Source: Octopus sinensis (taxonomy: Eukaryota). From it: a DNA stretch of 44,436 nt. The stretch covers positions 1-44,436 of the forward strand of contig NW_021834979.1 of the NCBI RefSeq assembly GCF_006345805.1, written 5' to 3'. The translations under genes and the position numbers were made by a program. Shown here piece by piece: positions 23,890-35,676 of the stretch. Under the pieces are notes generated by a model. It was not told the origin of the DNA, did no database searches, and worked only from the letters and a program-made list of their open reading frames with translations. Positions within the stretch are counted from its first letter, which is position 1. Every line of letters begins with the position of its first letter.

Positions 23890-24385
23890 AAACATCACCA
23901 CCATCACCACGACGACGACGACCACAACCACCACTACCACTACCACCATGACCACCACCACCACCACCATGACCACAACCACCACCACCACCACCACCAC
24001 CACCACCACCACCACCATCATCACCACCACCACCATCATCACCATCAGCACCACCACCACCGCCCTTACCACCACCACCACCAACAACAACAAAAACACG
24101 ACGACCACGACGACCACCACGACAACCACCACCACCACCATCACCACCACCACCAACACGACCACCACCACGACCACCACGACAACCACCACCACCATCA
24201 CCACCACGACCACCACCACCATCACCACGACGACGACGACGACCACCACCACCACCACTACTATTACTACCACCATGACCTCCACCACAATCACCACTGC
24301 CACCATGACCACCACCGCCACCACTACCACCATGACTACCACCACCACCGCCACCGCCACCGCCACCGCCGCTGCCACTACCACC
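23890..24385. repeat. Imperfect (CAC)n tract
   Basis: Direct reading. Source of the poly-H/T/V/G ORFs. Confidence 0.95.
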
Positions 24386-25175
24386 CCCCAAACATGTGTG
24401 TACGGATCACGCTTTAAAAATAAGTACTATTGTCGATATGTTCGATCAAAATTGTTCAAACCGGTGCTCCTTCAGGGCTGCAGTCCAATGATCGAAAAAA
24501 AAGATAAAAGATGAAAAAAACTCCCTAAAAACACTAAACAAACAAAAAATATGCAGTTGATATTTATATGCACCGAGGAGCAGAATCGATCTTGGAACCA
24601 CACGATAGCAAAGCAAACCTCTCTGAACCACACACACACACACACACATGCCTGTAATGGCATTAGTTAAGATAACGCAAGACAGATAGTAAAATTAGGC
24701 GATACACAAACTCACAAATTGTCAGAAATTAACGAACTAGTCGTAGTATGACACACAAAGGAAAGACGAGGTTAGGCCCTGATATTACAGATGTATTAGA
24801 TTAATACTAAAAACAGAAATAATTGCGCAATATACGGTAAATGTATATCAAAACTCGAGCTGTTCCACTTATAATTTTTATCTCTGATATTCCTAACTGT
24901 AAGTTAAGTGAATTAGAACGACTAGACGAGTAAAATAATGACTGACTCTACTTAGAATAAAAGCTGATATGCAGAGAGAGAGAGAGAGAGGGAGGGGTGG
25001 GAGCAGGGGAGGGGGGAGGGGAGAGGGGGAATAAGCGGAGACTACGGAGAGAAGACGTAAAAGAAAAGGAAGAAAAATGGTGCTACTTGCCAGGAAAACA
25101 TGGCGGTAAAAGGTCTTTAGATATATTAGAAATGATTATGGTATATATATATATATATGTATATATATATGTAGG

Positions 25176-25217
<42 letters not shown>

Positions 25218-25284
25218 TACATACATATATATACCTACATATATATATATATGTATGTATGTATATATATATATATATACATAC

Positions 25285-25320
<36 letters not shown>

Positions 25321-25619
25321 GAGTAGACTGTTAAACTATGGTGTAATTTATCAACATCGTCATTTTTGTCGGCGTCTTCCCTACCACCACTACAACCACC
25401 ACCACCACCACCACCACCACCACCACCACCACATCTATCATCATCAGTCATCAACATCACCATTACCATCATCATCATCACCATCATCATCACCATTGCT
25501 ATTATCATCGTTATCATTACCAGCGTCAACTTCATCTTCGTCAACGCCATCATCATCACCGTCGTTATCATCGCCGCCGTTTTCATCAACGCGGTTTCTC
25601 TCAGCCTCCACAAACAGTA

Positions 25620-26480
25620 GAGCACCAACCGCTTTCTCACCCTCTTGCCTTCCCCTAGCCGTTACAGGTAGTTGACAAGAATCCGCTCTAATGTGGCCTT
25701 TCGGGTCACATTTATAGCACCGCGGAACGCTCCTTTCCACTCTGACTTTCAGCGTCATGCCTGCGACCGTGATTGTCTCCACCATACTTTCAACAACTTC
25801 TGGATTTATCTGTACCACCATGTCCAGGCTCTGCTCTTGCCAGGTTCTGCAGGGTATTTTTGATAACCTGCATGACCACCACCTTTTTCCCTTGTCCAGC
25901 AGAATGGCAGCCACCAGCCAGGCTACATTCACTTCTGGGAGGTAAGCTTTCTAAACTAACCCTGGAAGCACGTCTCCCAAGGTATACGGCTGACTGGCAG
26001 TAGCTATCTCTCAAAACTGCACTTCTACCGTTCCGTACTTTCTTCCCCTGGCATGGTAGGGCTTCTCTTGCGAGACTGGAATCAACTCCTTATCAAATTG
26101 TGCCTCCGACACCACTTCTATTTTTCTTGTTGCCACCGCGAATGTCCTGTAATCAATCGTTCTCTCTTCCTTATCCTTTAACACTTCTTTGGTGGGGGAA
26201 CACTTTCACATCATTCTCCCCCCTTTTAAGTATTCCCTTCAGGTTCTCAACTCTTCCAAATTTATGTCTGTTTTTTTTCCCTTTCCCGCAGCAGCATAAT
26301 TCCTTGTTTCTATTACTCTGTCAATCTTCTTCAAATATCTCACCATTTCTTTCTCAGACGACACAAATTCCGAAGAAGAATAATTTAAACCCTCGCAACT
26401 CATCTCACGACGCCCCTCCCTAAACAAGAGGGAAAACGTCGCACCGCCAACACAACCAAAAACCACGTGCGTTATTCACA
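25620..26480 (-). pseudogene. Degenerate gag-like ORF1 of a non-LTR retrotransposon (possibly L1/Tx1-like) with a CCHC zinc knuckle
   Basis: PRCYKCDPKGHIRADSC knuckle, preceded by YGTVEVQF...YLPEVNVAWLVAAILL...LKVRVE, with in-frame stops. Confidence 0.55.
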
Positions 26481-26544
26481 AAGACAGCAGTCGAACTAAA
26501 CAAACCGCTCTACCGGAAGCAAGCTTCTTTCTACACAACCACAA

Positions 26545-26770
26545 CTGCGCCTATAATCTTTCCTATTGTAGGTATAAGGTCAGAAAATTTTGAGGGATGG
26601 ATTAGTCGCGTACATCGGCACCAGTACACAGCTGATATTTTTTTCTCAACGAAGAAAAGAGAATGGAAGGTATAGTCGCCTTCGGTTGCATTTGAACTCG
26701 GAGGATAAAGAGTCGAAACGAAAGCCATCAGTTTATTTTGTACAGCGTGCTAAAGGTTCTGCCAGCTCGC
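26545..26770 (-). mobile_element. SINE family B, diverged
   Basis: Ends in gttctgccagctcgcc (reverse complement of the family B head) and contains atttgaactc. Confidence 0.6.
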
Positions 26771-26824
26771 CATGTTGATACAATTAATAAGAATGATGAT
26801 GAAGAACTTCCTACCACTGCTGCA

Positions 26825-27144
26825 GTTGACGGTCATAATGATGATGATGATGATGAGGAGGATGATGATGATAATGTTGACAAGGACGACGATTGTAGTG
26901 ATAATGTTGATAATGATAATGATGATGATGAGGAAGGGGATGATGATGATGATGATGATGGTGATGACGATGATGATGATGATAATGATTATGAATAATG
27001 ATGACGAGGATGACAGTGAGGAAGATGATGACGATGGTGATAACAGTGATGACAATGATGATGATAATGTTGATGATGATGTTGTTGATGATGATAATGT
27101 TGACAACGACGGCGATTGTAGTGATAATGGTGATAATGATAATG

Positions 27145-27191
<47 letters not shown>

Positions 27192-27590
27192 AATGATGAT
27201 GATGATGATGATGATGATGGTGTTGATGACGATGACGATGATGATGAAGATGATGATGATGAGGATGATGATGATGATGATGATGATGATTTTGAATAAT
27301 GAAGATGAGGATGACAGTGAGGAGGATGATAAACGATGGTGATGAAAGTGATGACGATGATGATAATGATGATGATGAAGATGATGATAATGATGATGAT
27401 GAAAATGATGATGATGATGATAGTGATGAAGTTGCTCATTATGGTGTTTGGAGAGGATAACGACTAATACGGTGTTGGTGACGATAACTATGATGATGAT
27501 GATGGCGATGGCGACGACGACGACGACGACGATTACCACGTTGAGCGTGATGAAGATTATGATGATGATAATAATACTGATGATGACGAC
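26825..27590. repeat. Imperfect (GAT)n tract
   Basis: Direct reading. Confidence 0.95.
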
Positions 27591-27816
27591 ATTTATACTT
27601 CCAGTCGGCCTACATTCATCATTCAATTTGTCTGTACAAAAGAAAGGCAGCTGTGAATGTGTTTTTGTATGCATAGCATTTTATCTTATTGCTGTGATTT
27701 CGTTTATTGTCTTTGAAAGTAATTTTCCGTCACGATAGCGAAGTGTCAAGAAATATCACAGAACAGAAAATACACTACGGATCATATGTACGTTATAGGC
27801 GCATATCAACATTATA

Positions 27817-28207
27817 GGCGCAGGAGTGGCTGTGTGGTAAGTAGCTTGTCTACCAACCACATGGTTGCGGGTTCAGTCCCACTGCGTGGCACCTTGGGCA
27901 AGTGTCTTCTACTGTAGCCTCAGGCCGACCAAAGCCTTGTGAGTGGATTTGGTAGACGGAAACTGAAAGAAGCCCGTCGTATATATGTATATATATGTAT
28001 GCGAGTGTGTATTTGTGTGTCTGTGTTTGTGTGTCTGCGTTTTGTCCCCGTTACTTAGCGGTTCGGCAAAAGAGACCGATAGAATAAGTACTGGGCTTAC
28101 AAAAGAATAAGTCTCGGGGTCGAGTTGGTCGACTAAAGGCGGTGCTCCAGCATGGCCGCAGTCAAATGACTGAAACAGGTGAAAGAATAAAAGAATAAAA
28201 GAATAAA
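27817..28207 (+). mobile_element. SINE family A, full length
   Basis: A/B-box-like head, ggcaccttgggcaagtgtcttct (similar to the CORE-SINE motif), central TA/TG tract, (aaagaat)n tail. Confidence 0.9.
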
Positions 28208-28516
28208 TATAGTAAGATTACTGTCTCGGGAATTCCTTATTCAATTTAAGTAGATATTCTAATTGTACCTGTGGTATTGAAAGCACAGTTTGTTATATGT
28301 TGCCTATAAGTGTTATTGTATGTGGCGTGCTTTATGCATAATAAAAGCGGTTTCTAGTTGGAATTACAGAATAGGAAGTACAGTAAGCAATACGTGCATA
28401 TATCAATCAATGTTATTGTACTGGAAGTAATTATATGTAAGAATCATTTCCAGTTGTAATTATAGTAATGGAAGAACAGCATGTAGTATCAAAGGTAATA
28501 TTTCTCCCCTTCTAAA

Positions 28517-28915
28517 GCGGCGAGCTGGCGGAAACGTTAGCAAGCCGGACGAAAAGCTTTTTGCGGTATTTCGTCTGCGTTACGTTGTGAGTTCAAATTC
28601 CGCCGAGGTCGACTTTGCCTTTCATCCTTTCGGGGTCGATAAATTAAGTACCGGTTACGCACTGGGGTCGATGTAATCGACTTAATACCTATGTCTGTCC
28701 TTGTTTGTCCCCTCTGTGTTTAGCCCATTGTGGGTAATAAAGAAATAGGTATTTTGTCTGTCTTTACGGTTTGAGTTCAAATTCCAGCGCGGTCGACTTT
28801 GCCTTTAATCATTTCGGGGTCGATAAATTAACTATCACTTGCGTACTTGGGTCGACCTAATCAACTGGCTCTCTCCGCAAAAATGGTGGGCCTTGTGCCT
28901 AGAGTAGAAAAGAAT
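28517..28915 (+). mobile_element. SINE family B with a duplicated body
   Basis: One head gcggcgagctggcggaaacgttagc, then two bodies, each containing gagttcaaattcc...ggggtcgataaattaa. Confidence 0.85.
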
Positions 28916-29214
28916 AGTTATCCCCACCTCAACGTGGATGTTGTATAAAAATAAACTTCACTATGGCAAATCACGTGATAGCAATCCTTGATTTTGTCAA
29001 AGATGAACATTCGACTATATGACACAGCAGCAATTCATTTCCCCTTCAGTGATGTATAGAGACTGACAGCCCGAGAAAAGGCACTGGTGTCGTATAGGGA
29101 TAAAATACTACCGGTCCGTTAAATATTTCCTCGGTCACCAATATGTGGCTTTAACAATCAAAATAGATAACTGCGACTCAATATAAGACCTAGGTAACCG
29201 TAATATCTATCGAC

Positions 29215-29247
29215 ATATTTATCTGTCTATCTATCTATCTATCTATA

Positions 29248-29333
<86 letters not shown>

Positions 29334-29438
29334 TTATCTATCTATCTATCTACCTTCCTATATCTCTCTCTCTCTCTCTATCTATCTATATATCTATCTA
29401 TCTATCTATCTATCTGTCTGTCAGTCTATTTGTCTAAA

Positions 29439-29484
<46 letters not shown>

Positions 29485-29489
29485 CTATA

Positions 29490-29558
<69 letters not shown>

Positions 29559-29560
29559 GT
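29215..29560. repeat. (TATC)n microsatellite
   Basis: Direct reading. Confidence 0.95.
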
Positions 29561-29819
29561 CTCTTCTCTCTCCCTCTCTCTCGTTCTTTCTGTATATATA
29601 TATATACTTTTATTCTTTTATTCTTTCACTAATTTCAGTCACTTGTACGTGGCCAAGCGTGAGCATCGCATTCGGTTGAACTAATCGATCCAAGGATTTA
29701 TTCATTGTAGGCCTAGTACTTATTCTATCGGTCTCCTTTCCCGAACCGCTAAGTGACGTAGACATAAGCATACACACAACACATACATAATATATACATA
29801 ACACACCACACACAATACA

Positions 29820-29866
<47 letters not shown>

Positions 29867-29867
<1 letters not shown>

Positions 29868-29945
29868 TTTATTTAAAGCAGCAGAAAATTCAACAAAACC
29901 TGTTACTCTGAGTTTTGTTGAATTTTCTGCTGCTTTTAAATAAAG
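29867..29945. repeat. Near-perfect hairpin (33/34-bp arms, 12-nt loop)
   Basis: ctttatttaaagcagcagaaaattcaacaaaac / gttttgttgaattttctgctgcttttaaataaag. Confidence 0.9.
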
Positions 29946-30013
29946 CATATTACTCTACCCCTGGTATTTGAGTACTCTTTTTTCCACCTTGTTTCACATT
30001 TATGTGTTTATCC

Positions 30014-30056
<43 letters not shown>

Positions 30057-30110
30057 TATATAACTATATTATATATATGTGTGGTGTGTGTGTATATATA
30101 TATATATTAG

Positions 30111-30522
30111 GGCGCAGGAGTGGCTGTGTGGTAAGTAGCTTGCTAACCAACCACATGGTTCCGGGTTCAGTCCCACTGCGTGGCATCTTGGGCAAGTGTC
30201 TTCTGCTATAGCCCCGGGCCGACCAATGCCTTGTGAGTGGATTTGGTAGACGGAAACTGAAAGAAGCCCGTCGTATATATGTATATATATATATGTGTGT
30301 GTGTGTTTGTGTGTCTGTGTTTGTCCCCCTAGCATTGCTTGACAACCAATGCTGGTGTGTTTACGTCCCCGTTACCTAGCGGTTCGGCAAAAGAGACCGA
30401 TAGAATAAGTACTTGGGCTTACCAAAAGAATAAGTCCTGGGGTCGATTTGCTCGACTAAAAGGCGGTGCTCCAGCATGGCCGCAGTCAAATGACTGAAAC
30501 AAGTAAAAGAGAGTAAAGAGAG
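30111..30522 (+). mobile_element. SINE family A, full length
   Basis: Colinear with the 27817 copy. Confidence 0.9.
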
Positions 30523-31289
30523 TATATACATATATATATATACGCACATACATACACACATATACATATATGTCATATAGGTCTAGATTAACGAGTGATA
30601 TTTATAGGTTTTTGCGAAATACCTTGCGTACTACACCTTCCCTCATTGATTTTATTTTTCAGTCTGCTAAACCCCGACCTAGGAAAATATTTGAACACAT
30701 TAGACTCAAAGTGACGAGAGTTCGTTTCAAATCCGAAAGCACTTAGATTTGAAACTAAGTTTGTAACTATACTGGCATATCTGCCCTCCAATTAATCAAC
30801 CCACCACATGCTCCAGTTCTTCCCCCGTAAATATCTAAACCACAACCCAATACATCTCTCTTTGATTGATCAATCGTAATTGATGTCAAAGTTACTACCA
30901 TAATCTGAAAGCGCAGTGAATGCAATTGAAAACGTTAGTTGTCTTTTCTTCTATGATGTGGACAGTTGACCAAATAATAGGCTGGAAATATATCTTTGTA
31001 TAATGTGTATGCAATGCTATTTATCTATTCACTTCAAATACAGTAAATGTACATTAAGCAAGGCACATGCACTTTTAAGTGTGGTTCCTACGAAATAAGC
31101 ACAAAACACTACGTATTAATATATATATATATACGTGTCTTTAATGAGAATAATGTGTATATGTGCGAGTATGTGCGGATATATATATATATACATACAT
31201 ATATATGAACATACAGACGTACATACTTATGCATGTATACATACATACATACCTATATATATATATATATATATATATACATGCATATG

Positions 31290-31345
<56 letters not shown>

Positions 31346-31744
31346 GTTTATATATATATGTATGTTATGTATATACGTAGGCATGTAGTTATAGTACAAT
31401 ATACGGAGCTTGATTTATATGTATATAAAGTCAGATCATTATGCATGAATGTATATCTCTCTTTACTTATTTGTAGTGTATGTCTCTCTCTCCTTTCCCC
31501 CACTACCTATATATATATAATACATACATACATACATACATACATATTATATATATATATATATATAATCATAAATGTATATATATACATACATATACAT
31601 ATGAGTATATATATATATATATATCTATATATATATATATATATATATATATCTAATGTATATATATACATACATATACATATGAAGTATATATATATAT
31701 ATATATTTATGTTTACATATATATAGAGAGAGAGTTTGAAGTTT

Positions 31745-32501
31745 ACCTACTCCTACTGTGTCAGATGTCCTGTTATGGTCATCTCTTATGTGTTTAAACG
31801 TACACTGTATTTTTATATGCATAATATATAGTCTATTGACTAGTTTTTTTTCTTCTCGTTAGACCACTGGTAGCAAAGAAATTTTCTAAATTCCTTTGAT
31901 ACCCTGGAATTTATTAATAATGATATAGTGATTTTTGTCTAATTTTGGAAGAAAATCGGCATTTTTTTGTATTTGTTGCCGATACAAAAACTGCACTTGC
32001 GCGGTGGATATTGAAAAATTATAGCATGTAAACACGAGGCATGTTCTGTATCGTCTCGTCTTTATATGTCAGTCTTGGCTTTCCCGCTGATAAATTATTT
32101 TCTTTGCTGAAGATAGCTTGAAACCATGGTACAGGAAATAGAGGGTAAATGTTTATATTTTCTATATTTCCTTCAGAAATTACCTCTAATAGTAGTTTGG
32201 AGTTTAACTTCTCCTTCTAGTGGGTCAGATGTCCTGTTATGGCCATCTCTTATGTGTTTAAATGTACACTATATTTTTATATGAATAATATATACATTCT
32301 TTGACTAGGATTTTCTTCTCGATAGAACACTGGTAGCAAAGAAATTTTCTAAATGTTTTTGCTACCCTAGAATTCCTTAATAATAATAATAATAATAATA
32401 ACAATAATAATAATAATAATATAATAATAATAATAATAATAATAATACTGTAATTGTTCCACGTGTTGTTGTTTTTTCTGTTTTCCCGTTTGGATTAAAA
32501 T

Positions 32502-32533
<32 letters not shown>

Positions 32534-33076
32534 ATATGTATGTATGTATGTAGGTAGGTAGGTATACAACGAGGCCAATCCAGCATGTGCCTCAGTGCTT
32601 ATACATTTTAATTCTTTTCAAATCCACCGGCAGCAAAAAGATACCGGCAAATTCTTCGAACGAGTCTACCAGATATCATTATACATAATTAATAATATCA
32701 GGGTAATAAAGATTTTAGAAATTTTAACTACCAGTGGCTAAGCGTATAGAAAAATTAGTCAATAGACTATATAATAATCATATAAAACACAGTGTACATT
32801 TAACACATTAAGAGGTTTCCCTCATAGGAACCCTTTACGCCAGAAAGAACAGCTAAACTCCAAACCACTAATTAAGGTTAAATTCTCGAAGGGGATGAAA
32901 AATAGAAGTATTTACCGTCTTTTTCCTGGACCAATGATTTCTGACTTATTTTAGTAAATAAAATAATTTACCAGGCGAAGTCTTCATCAACAGGGACGCC
33001 AGATATTAAATATACAAACAACGAAGCCAATCCAGCATGTGCTTCATTGCTTATACATTTCAAATTTTTCAAATCC
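31745..33076. repeat. Diverged ~450-470-bp repeat units, minus-strand at 31745-32380 and plus-strand at 32560-33076
   Basis: gtcagatgtcctgttatgg recurs at ~31760 and ~32225. ccaatccagcatgtgc recurs at ~32575 and ~33025. The reverse complement of 31790-31925 aligns to 32690-32815. Confidence 0.7.
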
Positions 33077-33441
33077 CTGCTCTCGGCGATGATGGCATTC
33101 CGGATGGCCCCTGTTAGGTTTGTAGATTTTGTGGAGGAAGCAAATTGTGGGAGTGCGAGGGTTGCGGACAATGAGGTCATGGATAGTGGAGGATACAGTC
33201 TGTTGGTAGCTGGGTGTGGGGCTGGAGGGCAGAGATTAGTAGAAGGAGGTGTCTTGAATTTGGTGGAGAGTTTCCGCCTTGTAGAGGCTCGCGCACCACA
33301 GCACCACGGCTCCACCATAGTCGGCCGTCTTTATGATGATGTCGGTGCGGCGTCAAAGACATTCGAAGGGCCAAGAATTCAGCTGGAGAGATTTTCAGAT
33401 GTCAGGACGCTTGGAAAATTCAAACTGGTCCACAGCACGCT
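33077..33441 (-). pseudogene. Penelope-like element RT N-terminal relic (copy 1)
   Basis: With frameshifts/stops: NLSPAEFLALR..RRTDIIIKTADYGGAVVLW...YKAETLHQIQDTSFY*..PTPSYQQTV..IHDLI..PRTPTICFLHKIYKP. This matches the PLE pattern IIKxADKGGAVV...Y...PRTPxFYxLPKIHKP. Confidence 0.8.
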
Positions 33442-33535
33442 GGTCTCTCCTGCCGAACCGCTAGGTGACGTGGACGTAAACATACCAGCATCGGTTGTCA
33501 AGCGATGTTGGGGGAGGGACAAAGACACACTAACA

Positions 33536-33578
<43 letters not shown>

Positions 33579-34133
33579 TATATATTATATATGTATGTAT
33601 GTATGTAGGTAGGTAGGTATACAACGAGGCCAATCCAGCATGTGCCTCAGTGCTTATACATTTTAATTCTTTTCAAATCCACCGGCAGCAAAAAGATACC
33701 GGCAAATTCTTCGAACGAGTCTACCAGATATCATTATACATAATTAATAATATCAGGGTAATAAAGATTTTAGAAATTTTAACTACCAGTGGCTAAGCGT
33801 ATAGAAAAATTAGTCAATAGACTATATAATAATCATATAAAACACAGTGTACATTTAAACACATTAAGAGGTTTCCCTCATAGGAACCCTTTACGCCAGA
33901 AAGAACAGCTAAACTCCAAACCACTAATTAAGGTTAAATTCTCGAAGGGGATGAAAAATAGAAGTATTTACCGTCTTTTTCCTGGACCAATGATTTCTGA
34001 CTTATTTTAGTAAATAAAATAATTTACCAGGCGAAGTCTTCATCAACAGGGACGCCAGATATTAAATATACAAACAACGAAGCCAATCCAGCATGTGCTT
34101 CATTGCTTATACATTTCAAATTTTTTCAAATCC

Positions 34134-34498
34134 CTGCTCTCGGCGATGATGGCATTCCGGATGGCCCCTGTTAGGTTTGTAGATTTTGTGGAGGAAGCAA
34201 ATTGTGGGAGTGCGAGGGTTGCGGACAATGAGGTCATGGATAGTGGAGGATACAGTCTGTTGGTAGCTGGGTGTGGGGCTGGAGGGCAGAGATTAGTAGA
34301 AGGAGGTGTCTTGAATTTGGTGGAGAGTTTCCGCCTTGTAGAGGCTCGCGCACCACAGCACCACGGCTCCACCATAGTCGGCCGTCTTTATGATGATGTC
34401 GGTGCGGCGTCAAAGACATTCGAAGGGCCAAGAATTCAGCTGGAGAGATTTTCAGATGTCAGGACGCTTGGAAAATTCAAACTGGTCCACAGCACGCT
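34134..34498 (-). pseudogene. Penelope-like element RT N-terminal relic (copy 2)
   Basis: Duplicate of 33077-33441. Confidence 0.8.
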
Positions 34499-34650
34499 GG
34501 TCTCTCCTGCCGAACCGCTAGGTGACGTGGACGTAAACATACCAGCATCGGTTGTCAAGCGATGTTGGGGGAGGGACAAAGACACACTAACATATTTATA
34601 TATATATATATAATATATATATATATATATTATATATATATATATATATA

Positions 34651-34867
34651 TTACTACCCACAATGGGCTAAACATAGAGGGGACAAACAAGGATAGACAG
34701 ACGGATTAAGTCGATCGCATGGACCCTGTGCGAAACTGGTACTTTATTCATCGACCCCGAGAGGATGAAAGGCAAAGTCGACCTTGGTGGATTTGAACTC
34801 AGAACGTAGCGATAGACGAAATACCGCTAAGCATTTCGCCCGGCGCGCTAGCGTTTCTGCCAGCTCG

Positions 34868-34869
<2 letters not shown>
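34651..34869 (-). mobile_element. SINE family B, monomeric full copy
   Basis: One head (ggcgagctggcagaaacgctagc on -) and one body. Confidence 0.85.
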
Positions 34870-34929
<60 letters not shown>

Positions 34930-34933
<4 letters not shown>

Positions 34934-35050
34934 GACGGGCTTTTTTCAGTTTCCGTCTACCAAATCCACTCACAAGGCATTGGTCGTCCCGATGCTATAG
35001 TTGAAACCATGTGGTTGGTAAGCAAACTACATGCCACACAGCCACTCGTG
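34930..35050 (-). mobile_element. SINE family A 5' part, internally deleted
   Basis: cgacgggcttttttcagtttccgtctaccaaatcc... joined directly to aaccatgtggttggtaagc. Confidence 0.75.
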
Positions 35051-35172
35051 CACCTATATATATAGATATATATATATATAATATATATATATATATAATA
35101 TATATATAATATAATATATATATATATTATATATATATATATATGTATATATATTTATATGTATATATAATG

Positions 35173-35613
35173 ATAAATTTCAGAGCGACTTATAAACAGT
35201 AGCGGTAACACAACGTGATGCATATATGCCATTTGAATATGGCTAACCCAAAAGGGTGGATGCTACTGTAGTTTGTAGCCCCAGGAAGACACCTCCTCCC
35301 GCTGGCTATAGACACACTTTTTCAATATCAGTGTCATATCGACACTGGAAAAAGTATATGTATTTGTGAAGGAATCTGACTTCTCGTCGACAACCATGGT
35401 TGTCACACGCTGATGAAAGGTAAACACCTTGAAACTCGGGTACGTGTGTATCATGAGTTGAAGACGGGAAGGATGACTCCCCTTCACAAATACTGACAGG
35501 ACACAGATAGTGTGTCTATAGCCAGCGGGAGGAGGTGTCTTCCTGGGGCTACAAACTACAGTAGCATCCACCCTTTTGGGTTAGCCATATTCAAATGGCA
35601 TATATGCATCACG

Positions 35614-35615
<2 letters not shown>
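35173..35615 (+). mobile_element. Hammerhead-bearing small element (family H, copy 2) with perfect 107-bp inverted arms
   Basis: 35212-35318 is the exact reverse complement of 35509-35615. The 190-bp spacer carries the hammerhead. Confidence 0.9.
35404..35448 (+). ncRNA. Minimal type-I hammerhead ribozyme with canonical core
   Basis: cacacg-ctgatga-aagg-taaaca-cctt-gaaa-ctcggg-ta-cgtgtg: 6-bp stem I, 4-bp stem II, near-palindromic stem III, GUA cleavage triplet (predicted cut after 35442). Confidence 0.85.

Positions 35616-35676
<61 letters not shown>

Larger units (their letters stand above)
32537..34597 (+). repeat. Near-identical ~1.056-kb tandem duplication
   Basis: Offsets of 1055-1057 at three landmarks. 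Only two single-base homopolymer differences were noticed in the unique part. Confidence 0.95.

Noticed and set aside
23578-24514. 279-aa His-rich ORF and overlapping poly-T/V/G ORFs
   Set aside because: Driven by the (CAC)n tract. The unique N-terminal part matches nothing I recognise.
26738-27738. Poly-D/M/S/I ORFs
   Set aside because: (GAT)n microsatellite.
29050-29195. Plus-strand exon candidate with good splice motifs
   Set aside because: Stop codons in all three frames.
33047-33616. 189-aa plus-strand ORF and its duplicate at 34095-34613
   Set aside because: Antisense to a Penelope-like RT relic and runs on into SINE and microsatellite sequence.
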